From Pseudomonas sp. NCCP-436 (GTDB lineage Bacteria; Pseudomonadota; Gammaproteobacteria; Pseudomonadales; Pseudomonadaceae): 64,000 bases of DNA. Position 1 is the first letter of the stretch. Every line of letters begins with the position of its first letter. The notes below the pieces were generated by a model, which searched no databases, was not told the origin of the DNA, and worked only from the letters and a program-made list of their open reading frames with translations. Below, piece by piece: positions 22,394 to 30,979 of the stretch. A program made the translations under genes and the position numbers. The DNA lies in contig NZ_BPLZ01000002.1 of NCBI RefSeq assembly GCF_019656335.1, positions 178,904 to 242,903 on the forward strand, given 5' to 3'.

Positions 22394-23713
22394 ATGGGGA
22401 ATCTGAGTGTGAAGCCGGTCAAAGTGGGCATCTGTGGGCTGGGTACCGTTGGTGGCGGTACCTTTAACGTTCTGCAACGTAACGCCGAGGAGATTGCCCG
22501 CCGTGCCGGGCGCGGAATTACCGTTGCCCAGATTGCCATGCGCTCGGCCAATCCGCAGTGCGACATTACCGGGATTCCAACCACCAACGACGTGTTCGAG
22601 GTAGCCTGCAACCCTGACATCGAGATCGTCATCGAGCTGATCGGCGGCTACACCCTGGCCAAGGAGCTGGTGCTCAAGGCCATCGACAACGGCAAGCACG
22701 TGGTCACCGCCAACAAGGCGCTGATCGCTGTGCACGGCAACGAGATCTTTGCCCGGGCCCGCGAGAAGGGCGTGATCGTCGCCTTCGAGGCCGCGGTGGC
22801 CGGCGGTATCCCGGTGATCAAGGCGATCCGCGAGGGCCTGGCCGCCAACCGCATCAACTGGCTGGCCGGCATCATCAACGGCACCGGTAACTTCATCCTC
22901 ACCGAGATGCGCGAGAAGGGTCGGGCCTTCGAGGACGTGCTCAAGGAGGCCCAGGCGCTGGGCTACGCCGAGGCCGACCCGACCTTCGACGTGGAAGGCA
23001 TCGACGCCGCCCACAAGCTGACCATCCTGGCGTCCATTGCCTTCGGTATCCCGTTGCAGTTCGACAAGGCCTACACCGAAGGCATCACCAGGCTGACCAC
23101 GGCCGACGTGAACTATGCCGAGGCGCTGGGTTATCGCATCAAGCATCTGGGCGTGGCCCGTCGTACAGAGGCTGGTATCGAGCTGCGCGTACACCCGACG
23201 CTGATCCCGGCTGATCGCCTGATCGCCAACGTCAACGGTGTGATGAATGCCGTGATGGTCAATGGCGATGCGGTAGGCAGCACCTTGTACTACGGCGCCG
23301 GTGCCGGTATGGAGCCGACCGCTTCGGCGGTGGTCGCCGATCTGGTGGATGTGGTGCGTGCCCTGACCACTGATCCGACCAACCGTGTACCGCACCTAGC
23401 CTTCCAGCCGGATGCTCTGAGCGATCATCCGATTCTGCCGATCGAGCAGTGCGAGAGCGCCTACTACCTGCGCATCCAGGCCAAGGATCACCCGGGGGTT
23501 CTGGCGCAGGTGGCGAGCATCCTCTCCGAGCGCGGTATCAACATCGAATCGATCATGCAGAAGGAGGCCGAGGAGCAGGACGGTCTGGTACCGATGATTC
23601 TGGTCACCCATCGCGTGGTCGAGGCGCGTATCATCGAAGCCATCGCCGCCATGGAAGCGCTGGATGGCGTCACCTCACCGGTGATCCGTCTGCGTGTCGA
23701 GCAGCTCAACTAA
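22394..23713 (+). CDS. hom: Homoserine dehydrogenase
   Basis: KPVKVGICGLGTVGGG NAD-binding site and a C-terminal ACT domain. The start could instead be GTG at 22409. Confidence 0.95.
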   Translation: MGNLSVKPVKVGICGLGTVGGGTFNVLQRNAEEIARRAGRGITVAQIAMRSANPQCDITGIPTTNDVFEVACNPDIEIVIELIGGYTLAKELVLKAIDNGKHVVTANKALIAVHGNEIFARAREKGVIVAFEAAVAGGIPVIKAIREGLAANRINWLAGIINGTGNFILTEMREKGRAFEDVLKEAQALGYAEADPTFDVEGIDAAHKLTILASIAFGIPLQFDKAYTEGITRLTTADVNYAEALGYRIKHLGVARRTEAGIELRVHPTLIPADRLIANVNGVMNAVMVNGDAVGSTLYYGAGAGMEPTASAVVADLVDVVRALTTDPTNRVPHLAFQPDALSDHPILPIEQCESAYYLRIQAKDHPGVLAQVASILSERGINIESIMQKEAEEQDGLVPMILVTHRVVEARIIEAIAAMEALDGVTSPVIRLRVEQLN

Positions 23714-23773
23714 TCCCCGTGTCCGGCCGCAGGCCCTTGCCTGCGGTCGCAGCAGAACGAAGGTTTGACCCCA

Positions 23774-25183
23774 ATGCGCTATATCAGTACCCGCGGCCAG
23801 GCGCCGGCCCTGAATTTCGAAGACGTGCTGCTTGCCGGCCTGGCCAGTGATGGCGGCCTCTACGTGCCGGAAAACCTGCCGCGTTTCACCGTTGAAGAAA
23901 TTGCTTCCTGGGCCGGTCTGCCCTATCACGAACTGGCCTTCCGCGTAATGCGTCCGTTTGTTGAAGGCAGCATTCCCGACGCCGACTTCAAGAAGATCCT
24001 CGAGGACACCTACGGCGAGTTCGCTCACAACGCCGTGGCGCCGCTGCGTCAGCTCAACGGTAATGAGTGGGTGCTGGAACTGTTCCATGGTCCGACCCTG
24101 GCCTTTAAAGACTTTGCCCTGCAGTTGCTCGGCCGTCTGCTCGACTACGTGCTGGCCAAGCGCAACGAGCGCGTGGTGATCATGGGTGCCACCTCCGGTG
24201 ATACCGGCTCGGCGGCCATCGAAGGCTGTAAGGCCTGCGAGAACGTCGACATCTTCATCATGCACCCGCACAACCGCGTGTCCGAGGTGCAGCGCCGGCA
24301 GATGACCACCATTCTCGGCGACAACATCCACAACATCGCCATCGAGGGCAACTTCGATGACTGCCAGGAGATGGTCAAGGCCAGCTTCGCTGATCAGGGC
24401 TTCCTCAAGGGTACCCGTCTGGTGGCGGTCAACTCGATCAACTGGGCGCGGATCATGGCCCAGATCGTCTACTACTTCCACGCCGCCATCCAGCTCGGCG
24501 CGCCGGCCCGCTCGGTGGCCTTCTCGGTGCCCACCGGCAACTTCGGTGACATCTTCGCCGGCTACCTGGCGCGTAACATGGGCCTGCCGGTGAGCCAGCT
24601 GATCGTCGCGACCAACCGCAACGACATCCTGCACCGCTTTATGAGCGGCAATCAGTACGTCAAGGAAACCCTGCACCCGACCCTGTCGCCGTCGATGGAT
24701 ATCATGGTCTCGTCGAACTTCGAGCGCCTGCTGTTCGACCTGCACGGCCGCAACGGTGCGGCGATTGCCAGCCTGATGGACAGCTTCAAGCAGGGTGGTG
24801 GCTTCAGCGTCGAACAGGATCGCTGGACCGAGGCGCGCAAACTGTTCGATTCGCTGGCGGTCAGCGACGAGCAGACCTGCGAAACCATTGCCGAGGTGTA
24901 CAAGGAGTGTGGTGAGCTGCTCGATCCGCACACCGCCATCGGTGTGCGTGCTGCCCGCGAATGCCGTCGCAGTCTGGCCACTCCCATGGTGGTGCTGGGG
25001 ACTGCGCATCCGGTCAAATTCCCGGAGGCGGTGGAGAGGGCTGGAATCGATGCCGTGCCAGCGCTTCCGGCGCATCTGGCCGACCTGTTCCAGCGCGAAG
25101 AGCGTTGTACCGTGCTGGCCAACGACCTGCAGGCCGTACAGCAGTTCGTTGCCGCCCACGGTAATCGTGGCAAGCCGCTGTAA
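23774..25183 (+). CDS. thrC: Threonine synthase
   Basis: PLP-fold motifs (FHGPTLAFKD). Follows hom. Confidence 0.96.
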   Translation: MRYISTRGQAPALNFEDVLLAGLASDGGLYVPENLPRFTVEEIASWAGLPYHELAFRVMRPFVEGSIPDADFKKILEDTYGEFAHNAVAPLRQLNGNEWVLELFHGPTLAFKDFALQLLGRLLDYVLAKRNERVVIMGATSGDTGSAAIEGCKACENVDIFIMHPHNRVSEVQRRQMTTILGDNIHNIAIEGNFDDCQEMVKASFADQGFLKGTRLVAVNSINWARIMAQIVYYFHAAIQLGAPARSVAFSVPTGNFGDIFAGYLARNMGLPVSQLIVATNRNDILHRFMSGNQYVKETLHPTLSPSMDIMVSSNFERLLFDLHGRNGAAIASLMDSFKQGGGFSVEQDRWTEARKLFDSLAVSDEQTCETIAEVYKECGELLDPHTAIGVRAARECRRSLATPMVVLGTAHPVKFPEAVERAGIDAVPALPAHLADLFQREERCTVLANDLQAVQQFVAAHGNRGKPL

Positions 25184-25195
25184 CACGGTGCGTCA

Positions 25196-25226
25196 CAAAA
25201 AGCCGGCCTCAGGTCGGCTTTTTTGT
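25196..25226. terminator. Bidirectional Rho-independent terminator (thrC and the convergent GMC gene)
   Basis: aaaaagccggcctcaggtcggctttttt, with an A-run on one side and a T-run on the other. Confidence 0.8.
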
Positions 25227-26801
25227 TTGCGCCAGAAAACGTTCGGCGAAGCGCTCGGCCAGAGCGGTGATGGTCAGACTGGGGTTGACTCCGACGTTGG
25301 CCGGGATCGCACTGGCATCGACCACGTACAGTCCGGGGTGGCCGAATACCTGGTGGTCGGTATCGATTACGCCCTTGTCCGGCGTGGCGGCCATTACCGC
25401 GCCACCCAGTGGGTGTGCCGTGACCGACAGATTGCCCAGGCTTTCCGGCAGTACGTTCATGGCAATTCCGTTGCTGACCTCGGCAAAGGCGCGGGCGGCG
25501 GCGTTGGCCTGTGGCAGATAGGAAGGCGTGCGCTGGCCGAAGCTGACTGCCGACTGCAGGCCGTATCGGCCGCCGCGTAGCCACTTGCGCGCGTAGGTAA
25601 GGCGCAACTGATTGTCGGCCTGCTGCATCACCGTCAGTACCGATACGCGCTTGTGCCAGTCACCTGTGCGCCACGCTCGGCTGCTGTCCAGTGGATGGCG
25701 CAGCATCTGACCGATTACGCGCAGGGCGCGACCTAGTGGGCGGCTGCCATCTACCAGCGGGCCCATGTAGAAGCGCATAAAGGCGTAGCTGGCGGGAAAG
25801 CGGTTCTGCGTGATGTGAGTGTGCGAATCCGCATGAAAATGGCTGGAGATGGTCGTGCCGTCAGTCAGGTCGATGTGCGCATCCCTGCTGAGAATGCTGA
25901 CGACAGCTTCGCTGTTGGTGCGCACATGTTCGCCCAGAGCGCGGGAGATGTCGGGCAGGGTGCGGAAGCGTTCGCGGGAGTTGAAAAGGATCTCCAGAGT
26001 ACCGATCACACCTGCGCTGAGAATGACCAGGCGGGCGCTCAATGGCGCCTGTTGCTGCCTCTGCCATGGATGCCGGCGATGCAGACGGTAACCGCCTGTC
26101 CAGGGTTCGATATGGCTGACCCGGGTTTCTGCAAGCACTTGGGCGCCGGCCTGCCTGGCCAGGAACAGGTAGTTGGTCGGCAGGCTGTTCTTGGCGCCAT
26201 GAGGGCAGCCGGTGATGCACTGGCCGCAGCGCGTGCAGCCGCTGCGCAGGGGGCCTTGGCCGTTGAAGAAGGGATCGTGCGGTGGTAGCGCCGGGTTGCC
26301 GAAATAGATGCCCTGCGGCACGCTGGTGTAGCTGTCGGCCACGCCTAGGCGTGCAGCGGTCTGTTCCAGCCAGTGATCCTGGAGGCTGCGATATGGGTTC
26401 TCGCTAAGCCCCAGCATCTGTTGTGCCCGTTCATAGTGGGGGGCCAGTTCCGCCTGCCAGTCCGGGCTCAGGTGTGCCCAGGCGTGATCCTGATAGAAAG
26501 TGGTGCCTGGCTTGAGCAGTACGGCGGCGTAGACCAGGCTGCCGCCACCGACGCCGATGCCGCGCACCACGCCGACATGACGGAATACCTCCTGCGCCAG
26601 CGGGCCGGTGAGTTTCAGGGCAGGCGCCCAGATCAGGTGGCGGGTGGACTGGCCGCTGCGGGTGAAATCTTGCGCTTGGTAGTCGCGACCCTGTTCCAGT
26701 ACTGCCACCCTGAATCCCGCTTCGCTCAGGCGCAGCGCACTGACGCTGCCGCCAAAGCCAGAGCCGACGATGATCACGTCATAATCAAAGTTCTGGGGCA
26801 T
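25209..26801 (-). CDS. GMC-family FAD-dependent oxidoreductase
   Basis: DYDVIIVGSGFGGSVSA Rossmann FAD-binding site. GMC C-terminal motifs (HPLGGAVM). Confidence 0.85.
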   Translation of the reverse strand: MPQNFDYDVIIVGSGFGGSVSALRLSEAGFRVAVLEQGRDYQAQDFTRSGQSTRHLIWAPALKLTGPLAQEVFRHVGVVRGIGVGGGSLVYAAVLLKPGTTFYQDHAWAHLSPDWQAELAPHYERAQQMLGLSENPYRSLQDHWLEQTAARLGVADSYTSVPQGIYFGNPALPPHDPFFNGQGPLRSGCTRCGQCITGCPHGAKNSLPTNYLFLARQAGAQVLAETRVSHIEPWTGGYRLHRRHPWQRQQQAPLSARLVILSAGVIGTLEILFNSRERFRTLPDISRALGEHVRTNSEAVVSILSRDAHIDLTDGTTISSHFHADSHTHITQNRFPASYAFMRFYMGPLVDGSRPLGRALRVIGQMLRHPLDSSRAWRTGDWHKRVSVLTVMQQADNQLRLTYARKWLRGGRYGLQSAVSFGQRTPSYLPQANAAARAFAEVSNGIAMNVLPESLGNLSVTAHPLGGAVMAATPDKGVIDTDHQVFGHPGLYVVDASAIPANVGVNPSLTITALAERFAERFLAQTKKPT

Positions 26802-27255
26802 CGGCGCGTCTCAGCAGAAATGGAAAGGCCAGGCGCTTAAGCAGGGGCAGTTCGATGATGGTCATGCCCAGCAGGGTGTTGTCGTCGAACTGACGCAGTT
26901 CATCGCGCAGCCAGCGCCAGGGAATAGGCCCGTGGGCTCCGTAGCTCAGATCTACGCCGATCTTGCCGTCGATCAGGGACGGGCGCCTGTTGCACTGCAT
27001 GGAGAACTTCTCCATCAGTTGTCCGCGCCGGCGCAGTACGTTGGTGGCGGTGAGCGGGTCGAGGAAGCGTTTACCCTGCCATCCGGGCAGGCCGCACAGT
27101 GCCACGCTGGGGTCGGCACAGACACGCAGCCAGGCCGGGCCGATAAAGCTCGCCTGGTAGAAGCCTGTGCGACTCGATACTGGTGCCGGAGCCAGCTGCC
27201 GGAACAGTTGGCCCAGCTGTTTCAGGGAAGCATTGCTAAGCGAGGCGTGGTGCAT
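26785..27255 (-). CDS. Hypothetical protein (about 157 aa), coupled to the GMC oxidoreductase
   Basis: Coding-like frame overlapping the GMC start by 17 nt. Start chosen at ATG 27255. Confidence 0.45.
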   Translation of the reverse strand: MHHASLSNASLKQLGQLFRQLAPAPVSSRTGFYQASFIGPAWLRVCADPSVALCGLPGWQGKRFLDPLTATNVLRRRGQLMEKFSMQCNRRPSLIDGKIGVDLSYGAHGPIPWRWLRDELRQFDDNTLLGMTIIELPLLKRLAFPFLLRRADAPEL

Positions 27256-27344
27256 GCTGGTGCGAGATCCTGCTCTTCGGCCGGTTTGCGTCCAGCATGC
27301 CCAGTACGTCGGCCACCGCCTAGCACCTTGGCATGATCGTCCTG

Positions 27345-28544
27345 TCAAATGGCTCCATGGCTGCGCAGTTCGGCGATCTGTTCGGGACTGTAGCCAAGCT
27401 CGCCGAGCACCTCGTCATTGTGCTGGCCCAATGCCGGGCCGATCCATTCGACGCTGCCGGGCGTCTCCGAGAGCTTGGGGACGATGCCCGGCATGCGGAA
27501 CGGTTTGCCGTCCGGCAGCCTGGCGGCAAGGAACATCTCGCGGGCCAGGTATTGTGGGTCGCCGAACATGTCCTCTACCGAGTAGATGCGGCTGGCCGGC
27601 ACTTCGGCTTGTCGCAGCACCTGCTCCACCTCGCTGAGAGGCAGGCTCGCGGCCCAGCGGTCGATGACCTCATACAGTTCGCCGCGCCGTGCATCGCGAC
27701 CATCGTTGCTGGCCAGGCCCGGATCGTTTGCCAGGTCGTCGCGGCCGATGGCCAGCATGAAGCGCTTGAAAATGGCATCGCCGTTGGCGCCAATCTGGAT
27801 GTGCTTGTTGTCGGCGGTGGTGTGGATCGAGGATGGCGTGATGCCGGGCATGATGTTGCCACTGCGTTCGCGGATGAAGCCGAACACGTCAAACTCCGGC
27901 ACCATCGACTCCATCATGGCGAACACGGCTTCGTAAAGTGCCACGTCCACCACCTGGCCGCTACCGCCGTTGACTTCGCGCTGGCGCAGGGCCATCAGGG
28001 CGCCGATCACGCCCCAGAGGGCGGCGATGGAGTCACCGATGCTGATGCCGGTGCGTACCGGTGGGCGATCCTCGAAGCCGGTGATGTAGCGCAGGCCGCC
28101 CATGGACTCGCCGACGGCGCCGAAGCCCGGCTGTTCCTTCATCGGGCCACTCTGGCCGAACCCGGAAAGACGCACCATCACCAGTTTGGGGTTGAGTGCG
28201 TGCAGGGTCTGCCAGTCGAAACCGAGTTTTTCCAGTACGCCGGGGCGGAAATTCTCGATCAGGACATCGGCATTGCTCAACAGTCTGCGCAGAGCCTCGC
28301 GACCAGCCTCATGCTTGAGGTTGAGGGTGATCGAGCGCTTGTTGCGTGCCTGTACGAACCACCACAGCGAGGTGCCTTCATAAATCTTGCGCCACTTGCG
28401 CAGCGGATCGCCACCGTCGGGCGATTCCACCTTGATGACTTCGGCGCCGAACTCGGCGCAGATGCGGGAGGCGAAGGGGCCGGCGATCAGGCTGCCTAGC
28501 TCGATGACCTTGAGGCCGGCGAGGGGTTTGCTGGATGTGTTCAT
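27345..28544 (-). CDS. CoA-transferase family III (CaiB/BaiF)
   Basis: LAGLKVIELGSLIAGPFASRICAEFGAEVIKVE. Catalytic Asp region present. AGGAG ribosome-binding site. Confidence 0.9.
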   Translation of the reverse strand: MNTSSKPLAGLKVIELGSLIAGPFASRICAEFGAEVIKVESPDGGDPLRKWRKIYEGTSLWWFVQARNKRSITLNLKHEAGREALRRLLSNADVLIENFRPGVLEKLGFDWQTLHALNPKLVMVRLSGFGQSGPMKEQPGFGAVGESMGGLRYITGFEDRPPVRTGISIGDSIAALWGVIGALMALRQREVNGGSGQVVDVALYEAVFAMMESMVPEFDVFGFIRERSGNIMPGITPSSIHTTADNKHIQIGANGDAIFKRFMLAIGRDDLANDPGLASNDGRDARRGELYEVIDRWAASLPLSEVEQVLRQAEVPASRIYSVEDMFGDPQYLAREMFLAARLPDGKPFRMPGIVPKLSETPGSVEWIGPALGQHNDEVLGELGYSPEQIAELRSHGAI

Positions 28545-28806
28545 GCGGGCTCCTGTGAGTGACTGCGCGGCAAGCCTATTCCTTTTCCGGAGTGTCGGCC
28601 AGGCGTTGCAAGTGCGAATGGGTTGACGCATTTCTGAGTGCACTTGCTGCCTGGCTGCGGTTTAATCTGCTGGCCAAAGGACATTCCCGGATTTTGCTCA
28701 TGGATGGCTTTTCTCCTCTTTTCCCTGTCGTTCTTCCTGCCGGACGCAGCTCATGCGTGATGGCGGGATGACTTCGCGTCTTTTCCGACGAATGACATGA
28801 CGCACT

Positions 28807-28838
28807 TCACATGTGATGTATTGCGATGTCACATGTGA
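28807..28838. promoter_or_regulatory. Tandem perfect palindromes TCACATGTGA (x2, 22-bp spacing); putative operator
   Basis: 28807-28816 and 28829-28838, about 20 bp upstream of the first ATG of the locus. Confidence 0.55.
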
Positions 28839-28856
28839 GGTTTTACGCTGAGGCGC

Positions 28857-29477
28857 ATGAGTACCAGGACATCAGCCTATTACCAGCGTCTTTATCGCCA
28901 GCGACTGCGTGAGCAGGGACTGGTGAAGAAGGAAGTCTGGATCCTGCCCGAGCACGCGCCGCTGTTGCTCGCGTTCGAGCGCAAACTCCGCCAGCCACAG
29001 GTGTCGCTGGCTACGATGGAAAAGGAGGAGGGTATGAGCATGCCGCAGGTTTGGACCGCCCAGGCGCTGTACGAGGCGCTGGCAGGTACGCAGCTTTTCC
29101 AGAGTGGGCAGGCCGGTATCGAACTGCTGCAGGGCGCTGACGCCAGTCTGCATGTGACCATGCATGAGTACGGCGAGCTGCCGTTGTTCATTGCGGTGTC
29201 CGGCGAGCAGATCGTGGTCGAGGCCCTGCTGTGGCCGGCCAGTGAGGTGATTGATGCGGCCACCTTCAACGAGGAGGTGCTGCGGACCCACAAGCTGTTT
29301 CCGCTGTCGTCCATCGGTCTGGAGCGCACGGCTGACGGTGGCGACTGCTACATCATGTTCGGCGCGCTGAGTTCGTCCTCGACCTTGGCCGACGTGGTGT
29401 TCGAGATCGAGCTGCTGGCCGACAACGTGATCAAGGCCACCGAAGCCTATGAAGGCTTCCTCAAGACCGGCGCCTGA
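28857..29477 (+). CDS. YjfI-like (DUF2170) protein with an N-terminal DUF3018-like (putative RHH-type DNA-binding) extension
   Basis: The first 59 aa carry YRQRLREQGL...VWILPEH (DUF3018-like). A strong internal ribosome-binding site AAAGGAGGAG precedes ATG 29034, so a shorter product starting at 29034 is possible. Confidence 0.65.
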   Translation: MSTRTSAYYQRLYRQRLREQGLVKKEVWILPEHAPLLLAFERKLRQPQVSLATMEKEEGMSMPQVWTAQALYEALAGTQLFQSGQAGIELLQGADASLHVTMHEYGELPLFIAVSGEQIVVEALLWPASEVIDAATFNEEVLRTHKLFPLSSIGLERTADGGDCYIMFGALSSSSTLADVVFEIELLADNVIKATEAYEGFLKTGA

Positions 29478-29491
29478 GAGGAGAACAAGCG

Positions 29492-30187
29492 ATGAATGTC
29501 TGGAGCAAGTTGCTGACGGCACTGCGCGGCGGTGCCAATGAAGTGGGTGAAGCCATGGTCGACAGCCAGGCCCTGCGTATCCTCGATCAGGAAATCCGCG
29601 ACGCCGACGCCGAGCTGCGCAAGTCCAAGGAGGCGCTGGCCGAGATCATGGCCAGGCACAAGCTGTCGGTGGACCGGTTGGCCAAGTGTACGGCGAGCAT
29701 TGCCGAGTATGAGCAGTACGCCCTCAAGGCGCTGGAAAGCGGCAACGAATCGCTGGCCAGGGAAGTGGCCGAGAAGATCGCCAACCTGGAGATCGAACAG
29801 GCCAGCGAGCGTGAGCAGGTCGAAGGTTTTGCCGCCAGCGTGGCGCAACTGCGCCAGGCGGTGAGCCAGGCCGAAGGCAATATCAAGCGCCTCAAGCAGC
29901 AGGTGGATACGGTCAAGGCCACCGAAAGCGTGCAGCGTGCGCAGATGGCCGTGGCCCAGCGCTACGGTGGTTCGCAGGCCAAGCTGCAGACCGCGGTCGA
30001 GTCGCTGGAGCGGATCAAGCAGAAGCAGGCCGAGCGGGTGGCGAAGATGGAGGCCTCGGCCGAGCTGGCCGCCACCAGTGCTCCGGACGATTCGCTGGAT
30101 GCCAAGCTGCGCGAGGCCGGGATCAAGGCCGGTAATGCCAGTGCCGAGAGTGTGTTGGCGCGCCTTAAGGACAAGGGCCGCGGTTGA
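29492..30187 (+). CDS. PspA/IM30 family protein (YjfJ-like; ESCRT-III superfamily)
   Basis: Coiled-coil PspA-like sequence (MNVWSKLLTALRGGANE...). GAGAGGAGAA ribosome-binding site. Confidence 0.85.
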   Translation: MNVWSKLLTALRGGANEVGEAMVDSQALRILDQEIRDADAELRKSKEALAEIMARHKLSVDRLAKCTASIAEYEQYALKALESGNESLAREVAEKIANLEIEQASEREQVEGFAASVAQLRQAVSQAEGNIKRLKQQVDTVKATESVQRAQMAVAQRYGGSQAKLQTAVESLERIKQKQAERVAKMEASAELAATSAPDDSLDAKLREAGIKAGNASAESVLARLKDKGRG

Positions 30188-30246
30188 GCCTTGTAAATAC
30201 GGGGCGCCTGCGTCCCGTTACCTGATTCGCTACGGAAAAGCATCAG

Positions 30247-30888
30247 ATGGAACTCTTCCTGCAGACTTTACTGTCGTTCCCTACAGTCATCTACAGCTTC
30301 CTGCTGTGCGTGGCGGTCATCTACTGGCTGGTGGTGGCTGCCGGTCTGCTGGAGATCGACCTGCTCGACATCGAGGCCGAGTCGGTGATGGAAGGCAGCG
30401 GCCAGACCGAGGGGCTGGCCGGTCTGCTGTACAAGTTCAAGCTTGATGGCGTTCCGCTCACCCTGATGCTGAGCCTGCTGTTCTTCTTCGGCTGGTTCGT
30501 CTGTTATTTCGTCGAGCTGTGGCTGCTGCGTCATCTGCCCTTGGGCTTACTGCGCTACCCGCTGGGGCTGCTGGTCATTGGTGGTGCCTTCGTCGTGGCT
30601 GCGCCATTGTCTGCTGCCGTTTGCCGGCCGTTGCGTCCTCTGTTCCTCAAGGCCGAAGCCACCAGCAACAAGTCGGTGCTGGGGCAGGTGGCAGTGGTAC
30701 GTAGCGGAAGGGTTAGCGCCAGCCATGGCGAGGCAATACTGGAGGATGGCGGTGCAGGCCTGATTCTGCGCGTGCGTTGCGATGAGACACAGGGCTTTAG
30801 GCGCGGCGACCGGGTGGTGCTGCTGGAGTACCTGGCAGCCGAGCACGCCTACCGGGTAATCAGCGAAGAAGAGTTCCGAGGCGTCTAG
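30247..30888 (+). CDS. YqiJ/NfeD-like inner-membrane protein (usual partner of SPFH proteins)
   Basis: N-terminal transmembrane helices and a C-terminal OB-like soluble domain. Sits directly upstream of the flotillin gene. Confidence 0.6.
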   Translation: MELFLQTLLSFPTVIYSFLLCVAVIYWLVVAAGLLEIDLLDIEAESVMEGSGQTEGLAGLLYKFKLDGVPLTLMLSLLFFFGWFVCYFVELWLLRHLPLGLLRYPLGLLVIGGAFVVAAPLSAAVCRPLRPLFLKAEATSNKSVLGQVAVVRSGRVSASHGEAILEDGGAGLILRVRCDETQGFRRGDRVVLLEYLAAEHAYRVISEEEFRGV

Positions 30889-30979
30889 CGGCTGCGGCCA
30901 GTCCCCTGGCAACGGAGCATCGGCAGGATGGGCGGCTGTCGTGCCTGTCGGTACATAAAAGCAAAGGAGTAGAGCTGTA

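Noticed and set aside
22208-25186. Minus ORFs of 395 aa and 503 aa inside hom and thrC
   Set aside because: Antisense to canonical hom and thrC.
27333-28499. 388-aa plus ORF opposite the CoA-transferase gene
   Set aside because: G/A/D-rich low-complexity sequence. The minus strand encodes a textbook CaiB/BaiF protein.
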